Part shown: positions 51,239 through 62,545 of the stretch, in pieces
Layout of the letters: every line of letters begins with the position of its first letter
Position numbering within the stretch: the stretch's first letter is position 1
Assembly: GCA_965198175.1 (NCBI GenBank)
Contig: OZ240245.1
Coordinates: 864,001 to 928,000, forward strand
Length of the DNA: 64,000 bases
Reading direction: 5' to 3'
Origin: Candidatus Poribacteria bacterium
Lineage (GTDB): Bacteria; Poribacteria; WGA-4E; PCPOR2b
Translations under genes and position numbers: made by a program
Notes under the pieces: model-generated
Seen by the model: the letters and a program-made list of their open reading frames with translations, nothing else
Database searches by the model: none
Told to the model about the DNA's origin: nothing

Positions 51239-52216
51239 ATGATGAGCCGAAATGCCGTTTTCATTGCGATTATCAAAGTTACCTCGCTCAGCCTCATTGC
51301 TGTTGGCATTTTAGGATCGATTTTGTTGTTTATCGTTGTTCCTGGTCTGGTCCGGAGTGACGAAGTTGCTGTTCCTAATCTGATAAATCAGAGCCATCAA
51401 CAAGCAATTCAGCTTGTCTACAACGCAGGGTTACAACTCGATCCAGAACTTGAGCAAAAGCCAAGCGATGTGGTTCCGGAAGGGCATGTAATTGAACAAG
51501 AACCCCTCGCTAACTTCAAAGTAAAACGGAACAAGCCGGTTCGACTGACTTTGAGTGTGGGAAACGAAAGGATAGCAGTGCCTGATGTTGTGAGTCAATC
51601 CTTGGGGGACGGGGAAAGAATTCTCAAAAGCGCTGGATTTCGGCGAGGGCGCGTTGCAACCGTCCATTCGGATCGCTATCCTACAATCAATACCGTGATC
51701 GCGCAAACACCTCTAGCCGGTTCCACTAATCAGCGCGGAACACTTCTGCATCTGCTATTGAGCTCAGGGCCGCGTCCAAAAATCTTGCGGATGCCGGATT
51801 TGCGTCGTATGGGGCTTGATGAAGTTCGTACTTTGCTTGAATCACACCGCCTTAAAATTGGGAGAGAAAATTACGCGCTGCATCCAGATATCAATCAAGG
51901 GTTGATTATCAGCCACGAACCGGACGCCGGTGCACTGATTCCCGTGGGTCAAGTTGTTAATCTCGAAATTAGCGGATCACCTATAAGCCCGGGGGAAAAA
52001 GGGGAATTCGTCGTCATTAAGCACGAAGTGTCCTCAACAACTACCGCCGCCAAACACGTGACCATTTTTGTGGTGGACGACCGCGGAAAAAAAAGAGTGA
52101 TTGACAAAAACTACCAGTCTGGATTTCTGATTTCACAGCCCTATAAAGTCGTTGGTGAAGCAACGATGATTGTTTATGAAGATAACATTGAAGTCATGAG
52201 GAAGAAACTTTGGTGA
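51239..52216 (+). CDS. PASTA domain protein (3 domains, TM anchored)
   Basis: VPNL/VPDV/MPDL repeats with VIxQxP. Confidence 0.9.
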   Translation: MMSRNAVFIAIIKVTSLSLIAVGILGSILLFIVVPGLVRSDEVAVPNLINQSHQQAIQLVYNAGLQLDPELEQKPSDVVPEGHVIEQEPLANFKVKRNKPVRLTLSVGNERIAVPDVVSQSLGDGERILKSAGFRRGRVATVHSDRYPTINTVIAQTPLAGSTNQRGTLLHLLLSSGPRPKILRMPDLRRMGLDEVRTLLESHRLKIGRENYALHPDINQGLIISHEPDAGALIPVGQVVNLEISGSPISPGEKGEFVVIKHEVSSTTTAAKHVTIFVVDDRGKKRVIDKNYQSGFLISQPYKVVGEATMIVYEDNIEVMRKKLW

Positions 52217-52887
52217 CCGAAAACAAAATTAAGATTGCCCCATCAATGCTATCAGCGGATTTCAGCCGGATGGGTGAGGAAGTTTGCAAAGTTGTCGAAG
52301 CTGGCGCCGATCTTATCCACCTTGATGTCATGGATGCTCATTTCACTCCTAATTTGACGATGGGACCGCAACTTGTCAAATCCATCAGACGCTATACCGA
52401 TCTCCCTTTCGATGTGCACTTGATGATTACACATCCTCAAGATTACATTGATGTATTCGCGGAGGCCGGCGCGGGGTTCATCACGTTTCATCTCGAAATC
52501 AATTTTCCTATTCAGAAAGTGATCGATCAGATTAAAAAAAATGGGATACAGGCAGGCATTGCCCTCCGCCCTGTAACGCCGATATCATCGGTTGAACCGT
52601 ACCTTGCCGATCTGGATCTCATCCTGCCCATGAGCGTTGACCCAGGCTTTAGCGGTCAATCGTTCATGATGAACACCCTTGAAAAACTAGATCAGTTACA
52701 GAAACTTATCCGTGCACAGGATAAAAAGATAGAGATTGAGGTCGACGGAGGCATAACACTCGACACCGCCCGATTAGTGGGAAGCCGTGGGGCAACTATT
52801 TTAGTAGCGGGTACGGCAATTTTCCGCAGCGACAATCTTAAACAGGCGATAGGTGGATTGCGAGAAGCCGCTTCCCCATCATGTTAA
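52210..52887 (+). CDS. rpe: Ribulose-phosphate 3-epimerase
   Basis: IAPSMLSADF, HLDVMD, DVHLM, MSVDPGFSGQ, EVDGG. Confidence 0.96.
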   Translation: MVTENKIKIAPSMLSADFSRMGEEVCKVVEAGADLIHLDVMDAHFTPNLTMGPQLVKSIRRYTDLPFDVHLMITHPQDYIDVFAEAGAGFITFHLEINFPIQKVIDQIKKNGIQAGIALRPVTPISSVEPYLADLDLILPMSVDPGFSGQSFMMNTLEKLDQLQKLIRAQDKKIEIEVDGGITLDTARLVGSRGATILVAGTAIFRSDNLKQAIGGLREAASPSC

Positions 52888-53427
52888 GTGGCTCTGTATT
52901 TTGTCAAGAAGATGGTTTACGCACGTTGCTGCTTCCATCGGAAAGACCTCCCCTTTGTGCTAAGGGGGAGCTAGAGGGGGTGTTTTGCACGCGTGTTCAA
53001 TCCGACAGCTAGTCTGAATTTGGTATCTAGACCAACAGAGAAATAGTTGTCAGAACTTTACGTCTCCTTTACCATTACGGTAGATTGAAAAAATTCTATC
53101 TGCTCTCAGTTTGTGTAAAGGTCGACAAGCTAATTCCACACCTTTTCTTTAATGCGCCACAATTTCCTCTTACCTACCAAATAAACTTACCTAATCTAAT
53201 TGTCCTCGTCTTTGGACAAGCGAGCTCGCAGAGCAAATTGCAACTCATCGTCTGAAAACGGTTAAGCCAAACTGACATCTTCTTGTCACACTCGAACTCC
53301 TGTTGGCGATTGATAACATATCCATAACGTGATAGGATGTGTTGTGATGAACTTACCCCCAATGTTTAGACAGTCATGCTTGTCTATTAAGGTGTAAAGG
53401 CTACGCAATCCGGCTATGCTTCAACAC

Positions 53428-54270
53428 CTAATATTGTTGGAAATACACCTTGTGAGGTGTTTTAGTATTGAGCGGCGCATGAAGCCGCTCCTCATTATAA
53501 AACTTGAAATAGTTGTTCAAGCCACACCAAGCAGTTTGAACTGAGTCATACGGGTGAAGATAGACATGTTCATACTTTACTGTCCGCCAGAGCCGCTCAA
53601 TGAAAATGTTGTCAAACACTCTGCCTGCCCCAGTCCAACTGATGCGAATGTTAGCCGATTCAAGCCGAGTGGTAAAGGCATCAGACGTGAACTGGGCACC
53701 CCGGTCGCTATTGAAAATCAAGGGGCTAGAACAACTCAATGCCCGTTCTAGAGCCGACAGACAAAAGAAAACGTCTAGTGAATTTGACACTTCCCATGAT
53801 AACACATATCGAGAGTACCAATCCATAATGGCTACTAGATAGACAAAGCCGGTGTTCAAGCGGATATAGGTGATATCAGTTGCCCACACCTGGTCCGGTC
53901 GAGTGATACTTAAATCCTTCAGTAAATAAGCATACTTTTTCGACGGTCTACCGTTCTTAGAGGTGCTGGGCTTGGGATAGATGGCAACTAAGTCCATGTT
54001 TCGCATCAACCGAGCAATCCGTTTCCGGTTGACAACGTAGCCTTTAGCACAAAGCCAGTCCGTCATTCGAGGTACGCCGTAGAACGGGGTCTTGGTGTAC
54101 TGCTCATCAATCAGACGCATATAAAGCAGGTTTTCCGGCGGCTCTACCGCGGGTTGATAATAATACGAAGCGCGTGGCAATCCTAACAGTTCGCATTGTC
54201 TCAAAACCGATGGAGAACCGCTCTCTTGGTTGACAAGCCGCCGCTTGTGTTCAACGGAGCAGTCGAGTTT
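53428..54270 (-). CDS. IS3 transposase OrfB (DDE integrase core), expressed by -1 frameshift
   Basis: WATDITYI, NSDRGAQF, DNIFIERLWRTVKYE; A9C slippery site at 54267-54276. Confidence 0.9.
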   Translation of the reverse strand, partial: KLDCSVEHKRRLVNQESGSPSVLRQCELLGLPRASYYYQPAVEPPENLLYMRLIDEQYTKTPFYGVPRMTDWLCAKGYVVNRKRIARLMRNMDLVAIYPKPSTSKNGRPSKKYAYLLKDLSITRPDQVWATDITYIRLNTGFVYLVAIMDWYSRYVLSWEVSNSLDVFFCLSALERALSCSSPLIFNSDRGAQFTSDAFTTRLESANIRISWTGAGRVFDNIFIERLWRTVKYEHVYLHPYDSVQTAWCGLNNYFKFYNEERLHAPLNTKTPHKVYFQQY

Positions 54271-54538
54271 TTTTTTGAAGCCAGTCTAGTTCGACCTTCA
54301 ACTGACCGATTTGCCGGTAGAGTTCAGCTATGAGTCGGTCGTTATCAGAAGTTGCTTGAGTGTGTCCGTTTGCAAAAAGCTGGGGTGATGCCTCCAGAAT
54401 CTGTCTTTTCCACTGGCTGACCTGATTCGGGTGGACTTCGTAGTCACTGGCAATCTGGGCCATGGTGCGTTGATTCTTTATCGCCTCAATCGCCACTTGT
54501 GCTTTGAATCGGTTATCGTACTGCTTTCTACGAGCCAT
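54251..54538 (-). CDS. IS3 transposase OrfA (HTH)
   Basis: FKAQVAIEA..VHPNQVSQWK..IGQLKVELDWLQKK. Confidence 0.9.
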   Translation of the reverse strand: MARRKQYDNRFKAQVAIEAIKNQRTMAQIASDYEVHPNQVSQWKRQILEASPQLFANGHTQATSDNDRLIAELYRQIGQLKVELDWLQKKTRLLR

Positions 54539-54948
54539 GCTAAACAAACTCCTTTCGTAGTTCTTGGTATTGCTGAGCCGTATTATGACTCATAACATCG
54601 CCGTTTTGCCAGCCCGATTTCCACCTTAATGTACTGTCTAGTTTTTGGGGGTAATTTCAGTGATTTCTTCTTAGCTCACTCAAGTCACTACGTATTGAAA
54701 ATGGGATGTTTTAGGTGTTCTTGATGTTCTTCGCATATAACTGTTCGGATATGGCATACCAAAGTAGATCCATCCCAAGATGTTCATCTGCACACTCTAT
54801 TCTACATGGTAATTCGGATTAGCTTGGTAGAAAACAGCCCCGCTTCAGGTTTGACGCGGTTTTTGCTCACCCCTTGTATTTATAACCCCGGCAACCTGTA
54901 GCGGACATGAGCATCGGAGACAATCTAAGAACTTCAGGAAGGAATAAC

Positions 54949-55218
54949 ATGACGACAAAGGATAATAAACGTGCGTATTGGAGGAAAAACCTGCAATACC
55001 TAAGCATCTTACTATCTGTGTGGTTTATTGTATCCTACGGCTGCGCGATTCTGTTTGTTGACCTTCTGGATAGAGTCAAAATTGGTGGTTTTCGCCTCGG
55101 ATTCTGGTTGGCTCAACAAGGATCAATTTATGTTTTTGTTGTGCTGATTTTCATCTATGTTTATCTGATGAATCGCCTCGATAAAAAGCACGGCGTGGAC
55201 GAAAGCAATCGGGAGTAA
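54949..55218 (+). CDS. DUF4212 small subunit of solute symporter
   Basis: YWRKNL, LGFWLAQQGSI. Confidence 0.9.
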   Translation: MTTKDNKRAYWRKNLQYLSILLSVWFIVSYGCAILFVDLLDRVKIGGFRLGFWLAQQGSIYVFVVLIFIYVYLMNRLDKKHGVDESNRE

Positions 55219-55220
55219 GC

Positions 55221-56918
55221 ATGAACGTACAGGCTTGGACATTCGTGATGGTCGGTCTATCGTTTGCACTCTACATCGGCGTGGCGATCAGGTCGAAGGC
55301 TAGTTCCACCGGCGAATTCTACGTCGCAAGCAGCAATGTGCCGCCAGTCCTAAACGGCATGGCGACCGCGGCGGATTGGATGAGCGCAGCATCATTCATT
55401 TCAATGGCAGGTCTTATCTCCTTCATGGGGCGGGACGGCGCGGTTTATCTCATGGGTTGGACAGGCGGGTATGTCTTACTAGCACTACTCTTGGCGCCTT
55501 ATCTGCGCAAGTTTGGCAAGTATACCGTTCCAGACTTTGTTGGTGACCGGTATTACTCGCAAACTGCGCGATTTGTCGCTATCATCTGTGCGATATTCGT
55601 TTCGTTTACATATGTCGCAGGACAGATGCGCGGCGTCGGCATCGTCTTTTCACGGTTTCTGAACGTCGATGTCAACGTGGGTGTGCTTATCGGCATGAGC
55701 ATTGTGTTCTTTTACGCAGTATTGGGCGGAATGAAGGGCATTACTTACACACAGGTTGCGCAATATTGTGTGTTGATTTTCGCCTTCCTTGTACCGGCGA
55801 TTTTTATTTCCCTCCTGATGACAGGAAATATTGTTCCTCAAATCGGTTTCGGCGGGACACTAGCTGACGGTTCAGGTGAATACCTACTCGACAGACTCAA
55901 TGGATTGAGCAATGAACTCGGCTTCGACGCATATACCGATGGACGCAAGGCTACAATTGATGTCTTCTTTATCACCGCAGCACTGATGATTGGCACCGCA
56001 GGTCTGCCGCATGTTATCGTGCGTTTTTACACTGTGCCGCGCGTTGCCGCAGCGCGCAGCTCTGCTGGGTGGGCGTTGCTGTTCATTGCGATTCTTTATA
56101 CAACCGCTCCTGCTGTAGCTGCATTTGCCCGAACAAATCTGCTGACTACGATGTCAAATGTAAACTATGAAGACACTCCAGACTGGTTTAAGAAGTGGGA
56201 AACTACGGGGCTAATCCAATTCGACGACAAGAACAAGGACGGTATCATTCAATATCGTGGACCGAAATCGAACATCGCAAACGAACTAACAATTGACCGA
56301 GACATCATGGTGCTTGCCAATCCCGAAATTGCCAAATTGCCGAACTGGATTGTTGGTCTTGTCGCAGCAGGTGGATTGGCAGCCGCACTCTCGACAGCGG
56401 CGGGACTACTACTAGTAATCTCCACATCAATTGCACACGACCTATTGAGAAAAGAACTAATGCCAACCATCAGTGAGAAAGGGGAGTTGATTGCAGCGCG
56501 CATTGCAGCAGGAATCGCGGTGTGTATTGCTGGGTTCTTCGGCATGAATCCACCGGGCTTCGTCGCACAGGTGGTCGCTTTCGCATTTGGGCTGGCTGCG
56601 GCATCATTCTTCCCCGCTATCACCATGGGAATTTTTTCAAAACGTATGAACAAATTTGGCGCTATCAGCGGAATGATTGTTGGTATCACCTTTACCGCAA
56701 CTTACATAATTTACTTTAAGTTCATTCAGCCCGAACACAACACCGCAGAACACTGGTGGCTAGGCATATCGCCCGAGGGAATCGGGACGCTCGGCATGGT
56801 GCTGAATTTCTTGGTGGCGGGTATTGTCTCTTTAGCGACCCCTGCGCCGCCGCGCGATATTCAGGAACTTGTCGACGAAATTCGCATGCCTCAAGATTCA
56901 AACTCTACGCTTCTCTGA
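55221..56918 (+). CDS. Sodium:solute symporter (ActP-like)
   Basis: NGMATAADWMSAASF, GTAGLPH, AAALSTAAGLL. Confidence 0.93.
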   Translation: MNVQAWTFVMVGLSFALYIGVAIRSKASSTGEFYVASSNVPPVLNGMATAADWMSAASFISMAGLISFMGRDGAVYLMGWTGGYVLLALLLAPYLRKFGKYTVPDFVGDRYYSQTARFVAIICAIFVSFTYVAGQMRGVGIVFSRFLNVDVNVGVLIGMSIVFFYAVLGGMKGITYTQVAQYCVLIFAFLVPAIFISLLMTGNIVPQIGFGGTLADGSGEYLLDRLNGLSNELGFDAYTDGRKATIDVFFITAALMIGTAGLPHVIVRFYTVPRVAAARSSAGWALLFIAILYTTAPAVAAFARTNLLTTMSNVNYEDTPDWFKKWETTGLIQFDDKNKDGIIQYRGPKSNIANELTIDRDIMVLANPEIAKLPNWIVGLVAAGGLAAALSTAAGLLLVISTSIAHDLLRKELMPTISEKGELIAARIAAGIAVCIAGFFGMNPPGFVAQVVAFAFGLAAASFFPAITMGIFSKRMNKFGAISGMIVGITFTATYIIYFKFIQPEHNTAEHWWLGISPEGIGTLGMVLNFLVAGIVSLATPAPPRDIQELVDEIRMPQDSNSTLL

Positions 56919-57022
56919 GTTTGTGACTTTGGATGAAATTATCTAACTTTTCAAAATGACGCTTAAAGCTTCCCCGATGAATAGGACTGTTGTGGTCTCC
57001 CTGTTGTAAGGAGGTTTATGAG

Positions 57023-57643
57023 ATGAAGCGGCTAAACCTGAAATTAATCAGTATTCTCACCCTAAGTATATTACTGGCGTTGGGATTGCTCCAGATCGAT
57101 GCAATCGGCAACTTGCATCCGATTCTCCGGTCCATCGCTGCATCAATTCAATGGATGGTGGGTTGGATACTAGGTCCAGATTCATCGGATGCGCAACGAA
57201 TCATTGTGATAGGTAAACAAGGCGAATTCCTCGACGCTAACCGCGCGCAGAGCCGACCCTCACTGCCGTTTAAACCGGCGTTGCCGCGAAACCATACAGG
57301 TATGGGTGTGGACAAAAGTGAGACATCAATGATGGAATTTTTGAAAAGAGATTTTGGTTATTCGCCCCAAGACACGACAAATGAGTCGGCGGATTCCCAG
57401 ACACATCAATTCTTACAAGAATTAGCGGCGCCCGAGGATCCAGTGACAAACCTATTTCCCGAAAATGAGGTTGAATTTGACGACCACGATTTGGAAAATA
57501 TCTTGACGAACGAAAATGGCGAGAACAATACAGATGCGGCGCTAAACGCAGAAGTTGTTGCCCCCCTGTTGGATGTAATCAGAACCGACCTTGAGGAAAA
57601 ATTGGAATTGGATTCTCTTGATGAGGTTATGCAAGAAGAGTAG
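57023..57643 (+). CDS. Hypothetical protein, N-terminal TM and acidic tail
   Basis: AGGAGG RBS, hydrophobic N-terminus. Confidence 0.65.
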   Translation: MKRLNLKLISILTLSILLALGLLQIDAIGNLHPILRSIAASIQWMVGWILGPDSSDAQRIIVIGKQGEFLDANRAQSRPSLPFKPALPRNHTGMGVDKSETSMMEFLKRDFGYSPQDTTNESADSQTHQFLQELAAPEDPVTNLFPENEVEFDDHDLENILTNENGENNTDAALNAEVVAPLLDVIRTDLEEKLELDSLDEVMQEE

Positions 57644-58063
57644 ACGGCGTTTCTATAGATTTTATCGTCACCTCATCCGAAAGAGAGACAGGAGGATGGT
57701 CGGTTTTGAGCGAACGAAACCTCAAAATAGGAGGGTACTCACCGTTTATTTCTTTGACCGCTCCCCAAGTCGTGTGCAGCTTGTTCTCGGGTGTTACGCT
57801 CTGCCCGACAAGAGGTGTTTTCCAATCCGGCGAACGTGTGCATTTCTGAGAAATAGTGTGACGCCTCCCCCGCTCAACCCAGTTACGTAGAAGTTTCCAG
57901 AATTTCCGCGGTTAAAAAGGATTCTTTCCCCATCCGGCGACCACGAAATACGTGCTTAATGGATTACGCTCGAAAATCCTGTTTTCATCGAACTCAATTT
58001 TTTGGTACGGGGGAGGGTGCAAAATTCCGGAGTAATGACGAACACATCCAAATCCTTCGAAAA

Positions 58064-58624
58064 TCAAGTATCTGGCTCGCTTTTTGTGTCCGTAAGAAGC
58101 TTGATTCGGACGGCGTTCTTGTAGGCTGTCACAGCCTCCTGACGTTTTCCTTGCGCTGTGTAGACAGAACCTAGCCGAGAATACACTTCGGCGTTATTCG
58201 GTGCAAGGGCAATCGATCGTTGGTAAGACCCGACTGCGTCGTCATATCGTTCTTGCAATTGATAAACAATTCCTAAATTGAGGTGTATCATTGGATCGCT
58301 CGGTTCGCACATGATTGCTCGTTTGTATGAAGCCGATGCCTCTTCGTAATCTCCAACCATAAAATATGTCAATCCGAGATAGAAATGTCCTTCTGCGGAC
58401 TCTCGATTGTGTTGTAATGCTTGTTGAAATTCCCCAATTGCCCGCTGGTAATCTTTGGTGTTAAGTGCATCTATCGCTTGACTCAGGTGCTTCGCCGCCG
58501 CCCCATAAGACTGCGCGTGTTCCCGACCGCGCTGTATCACACTGTCACGGGGCATACCTTTATCAATTTGAACATCAGTGGTGATTAAAGCGTGATCTGG
58601 ATTGTCTTTGTGGCTGTTTTTCAT
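58064..58624 (-). CDS. Tetratricopeptide repeat protein
   Basis: AEGHFYLG, PMIHLNLG, AEVYSRLG repeats. Confidence 0.85.
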   Translation of the reverse strand: MKNSHKDNPDHALITTDVQIDKGMPRDSVIQRGREHAQSYGAAAKHLSQAIDALNTKDYQRAIGEFQQALQHNRESAEGHFYLGLTYFMVGDYEEASASYKRAIMCEPSDPMIHLNLGIVYQLQERYDDAVGSYQRSIALAPNNAEVYSRLGSVYTAQGKRQEAVTAYKNAVRIKLLTDTKSEPDT

Positions 58625-58746
58625 GTCAGGTTGTCGGCAAAACTCATTAGGTGGCTCAAGAGACTACTTCGAGACGCCTCAATAGAAAGTAAAGATGAAA
58701 TCACCCGGAAAAATTCGTTATTTATAGATATGTTCAGCCTCGTCCT

Positions 58747-59868
58747 TTACGCCTCAATAATCTCCACATTTGCGCGTGGAAGGGTGATGCGGGCGCCATC
58801 CTCCAATTCAACTTCCAATACCCGCACGTGTGCTTCGGTTTCAAGCTGTTGAAGCTCGACTGGCAAGGCGGAAACACGACCAAGTTCCCCAAAGTAGGGT
58901 TCACGGATGATGCGAACTGGGGTATCGACTTCGAGCACGCTGCTTGCAACTGCAGTTTCCACGGATTGTTCACGCTGTTCAAATGGAATGACAATTTCAG
59001 GACGCACGACTCCGGCTCGAATCTGCGTTGCACCGTTGATTGAGGCTTGCATACCATCCTGATCCTTGAGTAGATTGAATGTACGCTCTGCCATGCTAAT
59101 TTGCCCAAAACCTTCCGTAACGATAACCGTAATCCCGAGTTCTTCGGATCCCGTGATTACGACGCCGAGTTCGTAACCCAAGAACTTCCGGAGATCGCTG
59201 TCGTTAATTCCACCCGCGACGACTCCTTTTACTCCTTGCCGCACGGCTTCCTGTAGCGTGTCATTCCCAACGATAGAACCACCGACGAGGATTTTGTCCC
59301 GATGTGCGGACTGAATGGCGTCCGGTGTCAATGGCGCATCGGGCGAATCAACAACTACTTCCAACACGCCTACGGCTTCTCGTCCAACACCGAAAATCCC
59401 TTGAATGTACGTCCCATAGGCTTCTACAACGACTCCTTTTTCAGGGATAACCTCGATAATCGAGCCATCAATATACGCCTTAATTGCAACGGGAATCGGT
59501 GGTTCACGCATAATCACTTGCCCAGTAACATCGGAGATGGTCTCGATTGTTCCATCAATCGGAGAACGCGCCTGGGATTTGAACAGACCGAAAACCCCCT
59601 TTGTCATTGCGATAGTTTCGTCTTTTGCAACGGCTTCCCCATCCGTTTTTTGCATATAATCTCTCACGTCTTCGGGCGGAATACTCAGGAGATTTGCGAC
59701 GTTCACCAGTTGGACATTCCCCGGTCGGTTAGTTTTTGCAACAACATCTTCCGACCGGACTCTATCGCCCTCCTGCACGAGCACCTCGCCTTTGAGCGGC
59801 AGCCTACGCTCTTTCCTAATCGTCATACCTGTTGTAACTTTGAGACCGGGGGTATACGCGTATGCCAT
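58747..59868 (-). CDS. Conserved hypothetical protein (barrel-sandwich-hybrid-like and KOW-like segments)
   Basis: AYTPGLKV, RRLPLKGEVLV, IQGIFGVG, TEGFG, GATQIRAGVVRPE, VRIIREPYFG. Confidence 0.8.
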   Translation of the reverse strand: MAYAYTPGLKVTTGMTIRKERRLPLKGEVLVQEGDRVRSEDVVAKTNRPGNVQLVNVANLLSIPPEDVRDYMQKTDGEAVAKDETIAMTKGVFGLFKSQARSPIDGTIETISDVTGQVIMREPPIPVAIKAYIDGSIIEVIPEKGVVVEAYGTYIQGIFGVGREAVGVLEVVVDSPDAPLTPDAIQSAHRDKILVGGSIVGNDTLQEAVRQGVKGVVAGGINDSDLRKFLGYELGVVITGSEELGITVIVTEGFGQISMAERTFNLLKDQDGMQASINGATQIRAGVVRPEIVIPFEQREQSVETAVASSVLEVDTPVRIIREPYFGELGRVSALPVELQQLETEAHVRVLEVELEDGARITLPRANVEIIEA

Positions 59869-60207
59869 CAATCATTCCTCTGAATGCTTGGCTATGAGAC
59901 TTGATAATTGACCAGTTATATGGAACTGTGTATGATAACAAATCCCCTTTCAATACATTGGGGGAAAAGTCGCTAACTGTATTCACAGGGAATTGAGAAA
60001 TTAAAGGTGTAACTTTTGGGTTGCCCGCAAGGTAAATCTCAAAGAGCTTAAAGTTGAAAGACAAGACGCACTATCACAAATTCGCAAAAGACCTTCTCCA
60101 ACTCCTGAACTCCGGTCCGTTGCCTCCACTGATTTCGCTCCGATCATTATAGCACGAAAAACTAGAAAAGTCTTTGACAAATTTCGCTTGAAATATCATT
60201 TATCGCT

Positions 60208-60876
60208 CTAACCTATCTTGAGAAGAGAGGGGGGATGAGGGCACTGCTGAAACAGCACACACGCAGTGCACTGCGGTGTTTTGCGGCATGTTCTCTTACC
60301 ATGACGCACGATTAAGGCGTGATATTCGTTAAACAAGTTGCTATCCTTTGGTAAAGCGTCCATGAAGATTTTTTGAAGTTTTCCGTAGTGGTATTTTCCC
60401 TCGGTCCATCCTAGCCGTGTGAGTAGGCGGTATGTATACGCATCGACCACAAAGATTGGCTTGCCAGCCGCATAAAGCAGAATCGAGTCCGCGGTCTCCT
60501 CTCCAATTCCATAAATCGAAAGCATCTCTTCCCGCAACGTCCGCAGGTCTCTTGCCAACAATGAGTCTAAACAATTCCCATAATGATGTCGTAGATGTTC
60601 TAGAAACGCTTGAATCTTCTTAGCCTTGGCACGGTAATACCCCGATGGACGGATGAGCGACTCTAGCATATCCTGGGGGCATTTGCTTAACCGTTCGGGT
60701 GTGAGAAGCTCAGCGGTTTTGAGATTCTTGATTGCCTGAGCAACATTCTTCCAAGCGGTCGATTGTACCAGAATCGCCCCAATAATCATTTCAAACGGCG
60801 TTTCCGCAGGCCACCAATTTTGCGGGCCGTACGCGGCATAGAGGCTATCATATAGTTCAAGTAATTTCTCACGCAT
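60208..60876 (-). CDS. HhH-GPD endonuclease III-related DNA glycosylase
   Basis: WWPAETPFE, GAILVQ, GIGEETADSILLYA, VVDAY, C-x6-C-x2-C-x5-C. Confidence 0.9.
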   Translation of the reverse strand: MREKLLELYDSLYAAYGPQNWWPAETPFEMIIGAILVQSTAWKNVAQAIKNLKTAELLTPERLSKCPQDMLESLIRPSGYYRAKAKKIQAFLEHLRHHYGNCLDSLLARDLRTLREEMLSIYGIGEETADSILLYAAGKPIFVVDAYTYRLLTRLGWTEGKYHYGKLQKIFMDALPKDSNLFNEYHALIVRHGKRTCRKTPQCTACVLFQQCPHPPSLLKIG

Positions 60877-61206
60877 GGTTTGACAAAATTCACTACTGGT
60901 ACCTAAGGATACAAAATTACCTTAGCCGAATCAGAATCGAAGTGGCGTTTTTTCTGATGCAGAGTTAATCTCCGAAAATAACGCTCTCTTTCGCCGCCAC
61001 ACCGAATTTGACGGATTCACATCGAAACGGGTTTATTCAACGCCTGCCCAAACGATGCACTTAAAAACTGGGAGTCTCACAACCTCCTTGACCGGTTGGG
61101 TTCCCTTCGACTTTGGGCTTGATCTCCAACTAGCTGTGAGTTATAATTGAGTTGAATCTCCCATCCAAACACAAATGCCACGCTCGAATTACTGAAGGAG
61201 AACACC

Positions 61207-61800
61207 ATGGGTTCAGAATATTCATTGACAATTGCTGCGTTTGTTAAAGAACTCGAAGCGCGTCGTCCGCTCCCGCCGCTCGTCCCTCAAAATGATTGGA
61301 ATAGCGACCTAACAAATCGCATTCAGGAAGTTACCGTAGATGAACTCTTTGATGGTCAATTAGTTAAAGACGAGTCATTCGGCGCCTCTGTGAAGAGTGG
61401 ATTGCTGCTCTGGAACGATGCCTTGGACGTTTCACACAGAATCTCACAGAATATCGACAGTCAAACCGGCAGCTATTGGCACGGTATCATGCACCGTCGT
61501 GAGCCTGACTATAGCAACGCCAAATACTGGTTCCGTCGTGTTGGGGCTCATGTCACTTTTCCGGCGCTTCGTGAACGGGTCTTAGCGTTGCTAGAAGAGC
61601 GTTTGTGCCAAGCGACCAAACTCGCCGATTATACAACGGATGTCCAGCAGAAGACAGACTGGGATGCCTTTCAGTTCGTCGATTGGTGTCAGGATGCAGC
61701 GAGAGCGTCAGATGACAATTTGGTGGATTTCCTACAAGCAGCACAAGTCGAAGAGATTAAGTTGCTGTTCGATTACTCTTATCGCCGTGCGCTCACTTGA
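61207..61800 (+). CDS. Conserved hypothetical protein
   Basis: SHRISQ, YWHGIMHRREPDYSNAKYWFRR; AAGGAG RBS. Confidence 0.8.
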   Translation: MGSEYSLTIAAFVKELEARRPLPPLVPQNDWNSDLTNRIQEVTVDELFDGQLVKDESFGASVKSGLLLWNDALDVSHRISQNIDSQTGSYWHGIMHRREPDYSNAKYWFRRVGAHVTFPALRERVLALLEERLCQATKLADYTTDVQQKTDWDAFQFVDWCQDAARASDDNLVDFLQAAQVEEIKLLFDYSYRRALT

Positions 61801-61948
61801 ACGCCCAACTGCCAGCACACACCGGGATGTAAAATATTGGGATTCGCTCTCGGGCCATTTTTCTCGTGGTAACCGTCAATTGGTTGTTCTTGTTAACGAC
61901 AATGTCAGAATTCCAGCTATTGAAGAATGTAGAAGGAGATTTCATCGA

Positions 61949-62545
61949 ATGAACCGTTACATCGCCATTATCCTTTGTTTTTCTCTTGTCGTGCTATTGG
62001 GCTGTTCCGACGAACAAGCATTTGACACGGAGGCTGCCCGAAAAAACCAAGCGTTGGGCTGGACTGCCTACAAGGAAGGCGATTTTTCCGCTGCACTCTT
62101 GAGTTTTGAGCGTGCGGTCAATCTAGATGCGTCCCTTGCGGATGCGCACAACGGCTTGGGTTGGAGTCACCTAAGCGCATCGCGGACTTCTTCAGTGAAT
62201 CCTCAAATTGTCGCAAAGGCGCAAGACGCTTTCGAGGAAGCTATACGTCTCGACGTGTCAAATGCAGATGCGTGGATCGGGTTAGCAAACACGCTTTTTC
62301 TTCGTCGTGAAAACGCCTCCGACTTTCAAACCGCGCTGCTCGCAATCAATAATGCGGTGAAAGCGAATCACACCTTTCTCTTTCGTCATGATTATCAGTC
62401 AATCGCAGATCTCCACGCGCTCAAAGCCGCTTGTTATTACTATCTGGGAGAAAAAGCGCTTGCTATAACGTCGGTCGAAACCTCCATTCAGGTCGAACCC
62501 CAGAATGTGGCTGCCTTGTCACTTCGACGTCTGTTGGAATTCTAG
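61949..62545 (+). CDS. TPR lipoprotein
   Basis: Lipobox LLGC, ADAHNGLGW TPR; AAGGAG RBS. Confidence 0.8.
   Translation: MNRYIAIILCFSLVVLLGCSDEQAFDTEAARKNQALGWTAYKEGDFSAALLSFERAVNLDASLADAHNGLGWSHLSASRTSSVNPQIVAKAQDAFEEAIRLDVSNADAWIGLANTLFLRRENASDFQTALLAINNAVKANHTFLFRHDYQSIADLHALKAACYYYLGEKALAITSVETSIQVEPQNVAALSLRRLLEF

Larger units (their letters stand above)
53348..54659 (-). mobile_element. Complete IS3-family element (1312 bp)
   Basis: TG...CA ends with imperfect 27-bp IRs (tgaacttacccccaatgtttagacagt vs tgaaattacccccaaaaactagacagt), 4-bp target duplication GTGA. Confidence 0.93.
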
